DNA of 60,497 nucleotides from an uncultured Clostridia bacterium (GTDB lineage: Bacteria > Bacillota > Clostridia > TANB77 > CAG-508): NCBI GenBank assembly GCA_947624185.1, contig CANQJG010000001.1, forward strand, positions 1 through 60,497, given 5' to 3'. The notes under the pieces were generated by a model that saw only the letters and a list, made by a program, of their open reading frames with translations, ran no database searches and was not told the DNA's origin. A program made the translations under genes and the position numbers. How positions within the stretch are numbered: position 1 is the first letter of the stretch; every line of letters begins with the position of its first letter. This document shows, one piece after another, positions 35,863 through 44,009 of the stretch.

Positions 35863-38295
35863 CTATTTTTTTATGACTTTTACAACCATTACACTCATAT
35901 CGTCTTTTGGCTTGCCTACACAGTTGTCTATAGCTTCTTTTAAGATTATATTGGCAATTCTTTCAGGTACATCAGTTTGTATATCTTCTAGCAAATATTT
36001 TAACCACAAATCTCTGTTAGCATATTCAATACTTGAGTCTAATATTCCGTCACTACACATTACTATAATGTCGCCATTTTCAAGGTCTTTATCATATATA
36101 TCTACTTTTATGTCGTTCATGATTCCAGTAGGAAGTGAGTTCGATTTTATTAAACTTACATTTCTATTTTTCTTTATATAAGTAGGACATGCTGCGCTTT
36201 TTATTAGTTGTATATTTCCTGCATACAAGTCTAATATACTTAAATCCAAAGTAGCATAGCTATCTTCTTTATTAGCTGTTAAAATAGCGGAATTGATGAG
36301 TCTTAAAGATGTTTCCTTTTCAAATCCTGAACTTAGCAATCTTTCTAACATACTTATTGCTATTTTACTATTTTTTTCAGCATCTTTACCTGTTCCCATA
36401 CCGTCGCTTATTGCAAATAAATATTTTCCGTCTCCAAGTCTTACACTTGACATCATATCTCCTGATACAGTTTCTCCGTCTTTTTTTGCTTTTGCAATGC
36501 CGGTTTGTAGTAAAAAGTTATCATCTGAAATATATGTATATACGCAAGTATCTCTATTTAACCTAATTCCACATTTTTGGTCTTGTACTGTTAGTCTTTC
36601 TCCGAGTGCACTTGAGATTCCTTTAGATATTTGCTTAATTGGGCATAGCTTTCCTGCCATATCATCACATACATCAGTATATGCGTTTATTATAAATCTT
36701 CCGGAATTTTCTCTCCTGATTTTTAAATCTTTTATCTCTATATTTTTGTCTTTTAAAGTTTTTATTATCTTTTCTTTTTGTAATTTGAATTCGTCGTTGT
36801 CTGTTTCTATCATATCGTCTGTAATGTTTTCTATTGCGGTTTTAACCGTTTTTAATTGGTCAGACATATTTTTATTTGCTTCATCTAATTTTTTCTGCCA
36901 TACAAGATTTACTTTGCAAATTCTATATGCTGAGTTTATTGCTTTAAGCATCTCTCTAATTTCTTTTTCTTCTACTTCATTTGCCACCATGTCATCTAAA
37001 CTCATTAAATAAGTATTATGCTTTGCAAATATACTAATAATCGCATTTTGAGTAAGTATACCATTTTCCATTAGATTATCAAATATATCTTTTAATATGC
37101 TTCCGTCATCATTATAAATGTCATCATATAAAAGGTTGTCTTCCATGCCTTCTAATGATTTCATTACTTCATCTTCAAAGGTTTCTTCATTTTTTTCATA
37201 AAGCTCGTCCTGTTTATAATTATTAGCAATATCTGAAATAGTTTTTGATATGCTATTAAGTTTTATCAATGCTTCGTCATTACCTTCTAATACTCTTCCT
37301 GCTTCAGGCAAAAGCTTTGTTTGTGGGATTATTTTATCTATATTTATTTTTGTACTTTTTGGTACTGCTAGTAATCCAACTGATGCGATTAAGATTTCCT
37401 GAAACATAATTATATCAGCTGCTCCACCATTTGCACTATATGCTATAAGTATATTTCCAAGTGCAAATCCTATTATTACTCCAATTTTTCCGAATCTATT
37501 TAATAATCCTGCCAACATACCTGATATTGCATACGTTGCTATCAACGCCACATTTCCGTCTCCAATTATACCTAAAACGATTCCTACTGTAGTTCCACTA
37601 ATTCCACCTACTAATATGCCATTTCTCCAACCTAAAACTAACACTATAAAAATACATATTATATTTCTTAGTGAAAATGAAAATAATTGCACATTACTTA
37701 GAGAAATCGTTGCAATAGCTATAAGTAAACTAGCTCCAATCACTTCTTCTATTGAAAAAACTTTTTTAATTCCATACTGCTCTATCACATCTAAGGAATT
37801 TACAAATATTTTGTAGAAAATATAACTTGAAACACTTGTCGTAACAGCTACTAGCAAATCGTAAAAGTAAAATCCCCTAAAAATTATTGCAATAGCTTGT
37901 ACTACAAATATTGAAATAAAAAGATATCCTCCTAATCTGATTTTCTCATTTTCTTCTTCTCTTCTAGCAGGCTTTTTAACTAAAACCATAAGTAACATCA
38001 AAATTGAAGAAAATACAAATAGAAGGGTATTACTACCACCAAATTTTATAGCTGTTCCCAAAAGACTTGCTAAATATACTACTGCAATTGGCACTCCATT
38101 ACTTATACTTGCGGCAACCATAGCTAGTCCAAATGGTGCAATTACAGTTTGGTCAACTCCGAATCCAACCATTGATAACATTAAAGTTAATATGTATATA
38201 AAAATATTTTGAATACTAAAAATTTTTGAAAGTACTTCTTTTAAATTAATATTTTCCCTATTTTCTTCATAATCTCTTGAAATATTTTGTAACAT
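35863..38295 (-). CDS. spoIIE: stage II sporulation protein E (membrane PP2C phosphatase)
   Basis: About 10 N-terminal TM helices and a C-terminal PP2C domain (FAISDGMGTGKDAEKNS ... IIVMCSDGILD). ATG 38295 with SD GAGGTGG is preferred to the GTG at 38304. Confidence 0.9.
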   Translation of the reverse strand: MLQNISRDYEENRENINLKEVLSKIFSIQNIFIYILTLMLSMVGFGVDQTVIAPFGLAMVAASISNGVPIAVVYLASLLGTAIKFGGSNTLLFVFSSILMLLMVLVKKPARREEENEKIRLGGYLFISIFVVQAIAIIFRGFYFYDLLVAVTTSVSSYIFYKIFVNSLDVIEQYGIKKVFSIEEVIGASLLIAIATISLSNVQLFSFSLRNIICIFIVLVLGWRNGILVGGISGTTVGIVLGIIGDGNVALIATYAISGMLAGLLNRFGKIGVIIGFALGNILIAYSANGGAADIIMFQEILIASVGLLAVPKSTKINIDKIIPQTKLLPEAGRVLEGNDEALIKLNSISKTISDIANNYKQDELYEKNEETFEDEVMKSLEGMEDNLLYDDIYNDDGSILKDIFDNLMENGILTQNAIISIFAKHNTYLMSLDDMVANEVEEKEIREMLKAINSAYRICKVNLVWQKKLDEANKNMSDQLKTVKTAIENITDDMIETDNDEFKLQKEKIIKTLKDKNIEIKDLKIRRENSGRFIINAYTDVCDDMAGKLCPIKQISKGISSALGERLTVQDQKCGIRLNRDTCVYTYISDDNFLLQTGIAKAKKDGETVSGDMMSSVRLGDGKYLFAISDGMGTGKDAEKNSKIAISMLERLLSSGFEKETSLRLINSAILTANKEDSYATLDLSILDLYAGNIQLIKSAACPTYIKKNRNVSLIKSNSLPTGIMNDIKVDIYDKDLENGDIIVMCSDGILDSSIEYANRDLWLKYLLEDIQTDVPERIANIILKEAIDNCVGKPKDDMSVMVVKVIKK

Positions 38296-38324
38296 CCTTA
38301 CCACCTCTAACTTTCTTAGCTTAG

Positions 38325-38357
38325 ATTGTAATACAAGCTTTTTGATTTTTTTGTCAA
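38325..38357 (-). promoter_or_regulatory. candidate spoIIE promoter: TTGACA and TACAAT separated by 21 nt, with a Spo0A-box-like TACGACA upstream
   Basis: Minus strand: TTGACA (38352-38357), 21-nt spacer, TACAAT (38325-38330), about 30 nt before the ATG. Alternative -10 TATTAC at 18-nt spacing. Plus-strand TACGACA at 38384-38390 matches TTCGACA at 6 of 7 positions. Confidence 0.4.
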
Positions 38358-38544
38358 AATTACGTACCTATGCTAAAAAAGTCTACGACATTTTGTGATA
38401 TATTTTTTTCTTATTTTATCTTAATTTATTCAAAATTACAAGGTTTTATAAAAAATTATAATAATTAATAACCCTAAAATAATGAATATCGTCATATTTT
38501 TTTACTAATTATTAAATATAATACAATAAAAAATAATAAATATA

Positions 38545-38715
38545 AGTCATTTTTTCATGCCTTGCTGTCGCAAATTCCATTATGCCTTCATGGCTTTGCA
38601 ATTAATTTACTTCATAAAGCTTACATAATGCCATTCGGCGCTTGTATGAAATTTGCTTCATTCGCCCTACGCTAACGCTCCGGTTGGGCGCTGCGCGGCG
38701 TATTCTAAAATGACT
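38545..38715. other. GC-rich structured intergenic element (candidate ncRNA or repeat-derived element), strand unknown
   Basis: Closing stems AGTCATTTT (38545-38553) / AAAATGACT (38707-38715) and GCCTTGC (38559-65) / GCGCGGC (38693-99). Internal hairpin 38570-38599. Two mutually exclusive hairpins: 38611-38620 with 38640-38650, or 38637-38650 with 38657-38666. Confidence 0.35.
38656..38687. repeat. right copy of the GC-rich inverted pair (CTTCATTCGCCCTACGCTAACGCTCCGGTTGG)
   Basis: Reverse complement matches 33082-33115. Embedded in the 3' part of the structured element 38545-38715. Confidence 0.7.
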
Positions 38716-38818
38716 ATATTCATTATTTTTTTTATTATTTATTATTTATTATTCATTACTATTTATATGTTTGATGTACTATTCATAATGTTTCATAAAA
38801 TTTATTATTATTATTCAT

Positions 38819-38861
38819 AAAAGAACAGTGGATTGCTTTCGCAATCACACTGTTCTTTTTT
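38819..38861 (-). terminator. strong bidirectional intrinsic terminator ending the A2-B2 adhesin unit
   Basis: GAACAGTG-GATTGC-TTTC-GCAATC-A-CACTGTTC (38823-38855), flanked by an A-run (38819-38822) and a T-run (38856-38861). Lies 17 nt after the B2 stop. Confidence 0.8.
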
Positions 38862-38877
38862 AGTTAGCATTTAAGCA

Positions 38878-41800
38878 TTATTCTATTCTTTTGATAATCA
38901 ATATACCTGTAACTAGTATTAATATTACTGCAACTGATATTATAAGTATTGGTAAATAGTTTCTATTTTCACCAGTTGGTGGTAGTATTATTATTTTTTG
39001 GCTACTGTCTGCATCAATTTCTGTAGGTGTAACTAAATCAACTGATGTGTAAACTTCTTCACTAGTATCATCTCCTAATGATTGGTCTGACATTTCTTGG
39101 TTTCCTGATACTGAGTAAGCCATTCTTCTACCTTGAGTATTTGATGTAGCTATAATTTCTGCTAAGTTGTTATATACAAAGTTTCCTTCGCCAGTATTTG
39201 ATAATAATGCTGATATTACAAGTCTTGTAGGTGTTGTCTTTGACTTATCTTCATCAAATAATGCTGGTAATAATTCGTCTGTTGATAATTTGTCTGTTGT
39301 TACCATTGTATTATATGTTGATGTTTGTGGTAAATATGCTCTATTTACTAAGTCACTATCTAATTTTGCTTCATCTACTATTAATTCACCCTTATCATTT
39401 AATGTTGATGATTTGATTATATCTTGTGCATTTATTACTTTCCAGCTAGAGTCTATATCTTGAATGTTTTCATCAAATTTTGATAAGTTAGATATATAGT
39501 CTATGATTTGTTTTGCACTTGTCTTTGATACTTTTTCTAAGTCATTTGGATATTGTGATTTTCCTGTATAGTAGAATTGCTTATCTATATAGTCAACTTC
39601 ACCTACGTTTTCTACTGATATGTCATAGGTTGCTTCTACTGTAGCTCCTGCAATTAATTCTTCATCCATATATGCCTGTATTAATTCAGGTAATGCTTTA
39701 GAATTTCTTGCAAGTTCATATCCGTCTAATCTGTATCCATTATATTTTACGCTATGTCCATTATGTTTTGCAAAGAACAAGTTATTTACAGATTGCGTTG
39801 TATCAAATAATGTTTGTTTATTTGCAAGTACTAATTTAAAGTTTGTTACTTCTTTATTTAATTTCAATTGTGCCTTTGGTCTTTCTTGTAGTCCTAGGTC
39901 AATGTCACCGATTGTATAAGCTATTTTATTGTTGTTTCCTTGGTTTTCAGTATTATGTGTATTATATTCTATTTCTGTATCTATAATACCTGTTTCTGCA
40001 ACCATAGCAGTATTTGCTATTAATTCATTTATTTTATTATTCTGTGAACTTTTTTGTTCTTCTGTTGTATTGTATTTATATGATCCAAGACTTTCAAATG
40101 AATTTAATATTTCTGCTCTATTATTTAATAATATTTTATCACTTGCTCCTGCAGACCAAGTATTTACTTTTTCTCTATAGCTATATACGTCTTTTGCATC
40201 TGATGCACCTTGTACATTAGCACTTGAGTCTATATCATATACATACATTGAAGATTTATTTGCAAAATTGTTTTCGTTTTGAGTTTCATAATTTTTGTAT
40301 CCTAATATTCCATTATAATTTGTGTCTTGGTTTATTTCTGTTTGATATGTTGTTGTTTTATAATCTTGACCGTTATATGATTTTGCATTTAAACCTTTTT
40401 CTCCTAATAATGTGTTTACATCATTATCTGTATTTAATAATACTGTTTGTTTACTATCTCCATAAGTAAATCTTATGAAGAAGTCTCCTGCTGGTACAGA
40501 TTTGAATGAGTATGCTCCATTATTTGTTCCTAAGCTATCTGCTTTAACACTTAGTATTCCAGGCCCTGTAAGTATTACTTTTGATAAACCTATTCCGCTA
40601 AAGTATCTATCATTATTTTCGCTTATTTTTACTAATTGTCCGTTTGCTCCATAATCATAAGTTGTAGTTCCCCATACTTTTTCACCATTGTAGCTTCCTA
40701 AGAACATACCGTTGTTATCAACATTTTGTACAAGTTCTACAAGTTCTACTTTAACACCGTTTATTAATGGTTCACCGTCTTCATGTTTACCATTTCCAAC
40801 TACAGCTTTGTCGTTTGTAACAGTTCTTGTATCTTCATATACATATCCTGATAGCTTTCTGGTATCATCTTCTCCATTATCTGAAGTTATTACTATCTTA
40901 ATATTTGGTGCCTTATCTGTATCTGTTTCAAGTCTGTTTTCTACTTCACTTGTTGTTGATGATCTTAAATCTCCATTGCTTGTCAAATCAATTTCTTCTA
41001 AGCTTCCGGCGTTAGATTGTGTACTAATAATTCCTGCAACTTTTTCAGAAACTGATGTTTCTACTCTATTATTGTCTTTGTCTAAGTAATTTGGAATATG
41101 AGCATTTTGACTATAATATGAAGAATATCCATTGATTTCTGCTATATTACGTTTTCCAACAGTAATTGTTCCTGTATTTAAGTCTTGGTCTAGTTTTATT
41201 TTTCCTGTTGCTGGATCATTGTTTGCTTTAAATGTTAGATATACATAAGCTTTTTCTCCTGGAGCTAATCTATCACTTCCTGATGCTGATTTGATTCCAG
41301 TAATATATAATGAACTGTAGTTATAATTTCCGTTTGAAAGTTTTTTGTTTTCTTCTCCGTCTGCAAAGCTTGTCTTGTTGCTTACTACTAGTCTACTATT
41401 TTCCATTTTATGTCCTCTAGTATCAGCACCAATATAAGAATTTACATATGTTTCTGTTATGTTTCCATTTTCATCATATTTGTTATATGAATTTACATTA
41501 TATGTTCCATTTCCATTTAATGTTCCGTCAAATGTATATTGGTCTGCATCATAGTAATCAACAATTTCGTTTATTGATGAATATAATGTTTGAGAACTGT
41601 TCTTTACTATTATTCTATATGTTACAAATACTTGCATATTTTTAGCTGTTGCGTTTTCGTCGTTATATAGATATTCTGAAGGACGAACTTCTCTAGTATA
41701 TGAGTATGTACCATTATATAACTCATCAGCTGCTCTTACTTCTATGTTCCAGCTTCCGTCGTCGTTTTCATCTTTTTTAGAATACATATAGTCTTGATTT

Positions 41801-44007
41801 TTACCATTTACAATAACAGTCGCCTTATAAACATCTTTTTGTAAACGTAAATCTTCTGACTCTCTTCTAGTTATTCCAAAGTCTACATATCTACTTTGGT
41901 CTGATTTCTTAGTATATAGATATGAATATGTATTTCCTAATGTAACGGTCTCCACATTTTCAGGTGGATTATCTAAGTCTTCTAATACAAATCTATCATA
42001 TACTGGATATTGCACTAATGATGTGTCACTTGTTAATGGATCATCTACCTGAGTAGTTGCTTCTATCATACAATCTTTGATAAATGTAACAACTCCTGCA
42101 CGATCTACACTTCCTACACCCTTAGATTGTAGCCATTTTGTAAGTTCTGTATAAGCTTTATCATATGAAAGAGTTGATGCTGATAATTCTAAGAACTTAT
42201 TCCATGCATCTTCGAATGTTAGTGCTGTAATGATTCCTTCTTCATTTTTTCCATTTTCAATGTATTCACCATTATCTCTTGCAAGTTTTGATAGCAATGC
42301 ATACGCTTTATGCCATTCACCATTTACTTTGTAATTTTTTGGTGTTGAGTCTATTTTTCCAAACTTGTTATTAAATGCATCTCTTGAAATGTCTTGTGCA
42401 TTTGAATATCCACCTGTTAAATTATTTTTATAATATGTAGCTTGATAAATTTGTCCGTTATATACAAATTTTACATAATATTTTAACATTGGATCTAGTT
42501 TATAGAAATGATATTGTCCATTACTATCTGTTGCAGTTGTAGCAACTAGATTATTGTTCTCATCATATAATCTAACTTCTATTCCTGCAAATGGTGTATC
42601 GTTAGATAATCTTATTCCTGAAATAATTCCTGTTTTAACTTCAGGTAAATCTAACCATACATTTCCACCTAATTCCATTAATAGGTCTGTATCTCCAAAG
42701 AATGGTGAACATGTATCTTCTTTTGCTAATACTGATACTTTAACATTTCCGTCTTCTACCCAGTTAGCCCTTATACCAGCATCTGCTGATCCTTCAATTC
42801 CTAATTTAACAAGCTCTTGTAATCTGCTTGGTACTTCGATTTCTGCTTTATATTTAAATGATTTAATATAGTAATAATGATGTCTTTTACCATTACCGTC
42901 AGGTACTACTCCTTCATCTGTTCCGTCTGTTATGTCACATTGTAATACCTTTAATCCCATTGCTGCAGCTTCGTTTCCTTTATCAGTTAAAGTTCCTGTT
43001 AAATCTAGACCTACATCTTTTTGTGGATCAAAAATGTCTGCAGATACTTTATGTGGATCAAAGTTGTCAGGTACTTCAATTCTTACATTAACATCATTTA
43101 TGTATCCTTCTACTGTTCCTTTTGATCCAATATAAACTGAACCAACTCCTGAAACTTCTTTAATATATCTTATTCTAATTGCTGGATTAACCTTTGTTAC
43201 ACCTTTATTAGGTTTGAATTTAATGTAGAATTCTTTTCCTAATCCAGGGAATTCCATTTCTCTTCCATTTTTATCAATATATTTAATATCTGTTCCGTCT
43301 ATTCCTTCCATTTCGATAGATGCAAAAGGTACTGTATCAGAGAAATCATTAATTCTAGCTAATTCATTGAAGAATATAGTTTTAGCATCAGGTGCTATAT
43401 CTGGATTATTTGTTTTTACATCTAACTTATAAGGTCCAACTATATAGAAGTCATTAATTGAATCTACTAATACTCTACAATTTTTTGATTCATTTGTAAA
43501 TTCAATTTTGCCGTCTTTGTTAAGTATTCCATAATAGAATTGTGCATATTGTTCTGCTCTAGCTTGCAAATCTGATTTTGCATAACCTGTTGCATCATCA
43601 CTAGCATAATCCATAAGCATTTGTTGGAATTTATCTGAGTCTTTATATTGATCTGATGCCCAAATAATATCTTGTATTGCTTCTGCATCCCAATTTCCTG
43701 TTTGTATTGCTGTATAAATTCCGAATGCAACACTTTGCTCCAATTTAATATCTTTACTATATTTATAATCAATTACTCTTGAATTAGTATCTATAGTTGC
43801 ATTTTGAAACCAATATGATCTAAGATGATCAATACAGAATAGATATGCATCATTTAGATAAGCTTCTGTTGCAGGATCTGATATGGTTATACTTTTATCA
43901 CTAGGATTATAAGTTGTTTTACCATATACTGATTGGCTTATTAACCATATAATTGCAGTAACGATTATCATTAGTAAAATTTTAAATTTTTTACTACTTA
44001 ATCTCAT
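38878..44007 (-). CDS. B-type giant wall-anchored adhesin, paralog 2 (1709 aa): thioester-like N-terminal domain, SdrD-B/Cna-B-like stalk, LPPTG sorting signal
   Basis: Signal peptide. AYLFCIDH ... AIQDIIW. GGNVWLDLPEVKTG...GIEVRLYDENNNLVATTATDSNGQYHF. SGYVYEDTRTVTNDKAVVGNG. PAGDFFIRFTYGD. C-terminal LPPTGE (38971-38985) + hydrophobic helix + KRIE. Confidence 0.85.
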   Translation of the reverse strand: MRLSSKKFKILLMIIVTAIIWLISQSVYGKTTYNPSDKSITISDPATEAYLNDAYLFCIDHLRSYWFQNATIDTNSRVIDYKYSKDIKLEQSVAFGIYTAIQTGNWDAEAIQDIIWASDQYKDSDKFQQMLMDYASDDATGYAKSDLQARAEQYAQFYYGILNKDGKIEFTNESKNCRVLVDSINDFYIVGPYKLDVKTNNPDIAPDAKTIFFNELARINDFSDTVPFASIEMEGIDGTDIKYIDKNGREMEFPGLGKEFYIKFKPNKGVTKVNPAIRIRYIKEVSGVGSVYIGSKGTVEGYINDVNVRIEVPDNFDPHKVSADIFDPQKDVGLDLTGTLTDKGNEAAAMGLKVLQCDITDGTDEGVVPDGNGKRHHYYYIKSFKYKAEIEVPSRLQELVKLGIEGSADAGIRANWVEDGNVKVSVLAKEDTCSPFFGDTDLLMELGGNVWLDLPEVKTGIISGIRLSNDTPFAGIEVRLYDENNNLVATTATDSNGQYHFYKLDPMLKYYVKFVYNGQIYQATYYKNNLTGGYSNAQDISRDAFNNKFGKIDSTPKNYKVNGEWHKAYALLSKLARDNGEYIENGKNEEGIITALTFEDAWNKFLELSASTLSYDKAYTELTKWLQSKGVGSVDRAGVVTFIKDCMIEATTQVDDPLTSDTSLVQYPVYDRFVLEDLDNPPENVETVTLGNTYSYLYTKKSDQSRYVDFGITRRESEDLRLQKDVYKATVIVNGKNQDYMYSKKDENDDGSWNIEVRAADELYNGTYSYTREVRPSEYLYNDENATAKNMQVFVTYRIIVKNSSQTLYSSINEIVDYYDADQYTFDGTLNGNGTYNVNSYNKYDENGNITETYVNSYIGADTRGHKMENSRLVVSNKTSFADGEENKKLSNGNYNYSSLYITGIKSASGSDRLAPGEKAYVYLTFKANNDPATGKIKLDQDLNTGTITVGKRNIAEINGYSSYYSQNAHIPNYLDKDNNRVETSVSEKVAGIISTQSNAGSLEEIDLTSNGDLRSSTTSEVENRLETDTDKAPNIKIVITSDNGEDDTRKLSGYVYEDTRTVTNDKAVVGNGKHEDGEPLINGVKVELVELVQNVDNNGMFLGSYNGEKVWGTTTYDYGANGQLVKISENNDRYFSGIGLSKVILTGPGILSVKADSLGTNNGAYSFKSVPAGDFFIRFTYGDSKQTVLLNTDNDVNTLLGEKGLNAKSYNGQDYKTTTYQTEINQDTNYNGILGYKNYETQNENNFANKSSMYVYDIDSSANVQGASDAKDVYSYREKVNTWSAGASDKILLNNRAEILNSFESLGSYKYNTTEEQKSSQNNKINELIANTAMVAETGIIDTEIEYNTHNTENQGNNNKIAYTIGDIDLGLQERPKAQLKLNKEVTNFKLVLANKQTLFDTTQSVNNLFFAKHNGHSVKYNGYRLDGYELARNSKALPELIQAYMDEELIAGATVEATYDISVENVGEVDYIDKQFYYTGKSQYPNDLEKVSKTSAKQIIDYISNLSKFDENIQDIDSSWKVINAQDIIKSSTLNDKGELIVDEAKLDSDLVNRAYLPQTSTYNTMVTTDKLSTDELLPALFDEDKSKTTPTRLVISALLSNTGEGNFVYNNLAEIIATSNTQGRRMAYSVSGNQEMSDQSLGDDTSEEVYTSVDLVTPTEIDADSSQKIIILPPTGENRNYLPILIISVAVILILVTGILIIKRIE

Positions 44008-44009
44008 TG

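Noticed and set aside
36293-37012. 239-aa plus-strand ORF antisense to spoIIE
   Set aside because: Ser/Phe/Ile/Leu-rich shadow ORF of the kind produced opposite AT-rich, Lys/Glu/Asn-rich coding sequence. It has no SD and no recognisable domain. The spoIIE frame on the other strand has clear PP2C motifs.
33082-38687. Composite transposon bounded by the GC-rich inverted repeats
   Set aside because: There is no transposase or recombinase inside and no target-site duplication next to the repeats (flanks ...GCTAAACT and GCGCTGCG...). The cargo is a core sporulation gene.
38545-38715. tRNA, tmRNA, SRP RNA, RNase P or known riboswitch identity for the GC-rich element
   Set aside because: I found no cloverleaf or T-loop (GTTCGAATC-like) and none of the conserved cores I can recall for those RNAs. 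It stays as an unknown element. A covariance-model scan is still needed.
43467-43772. Same-strand out-of-frame ORFs inside B2 and B1 (43467-43772, 50132-50314, 51725-51946, 53033-53245)
   Set aside because: They are short, embedded in long well-supported frames, and have no SD or independent signals.
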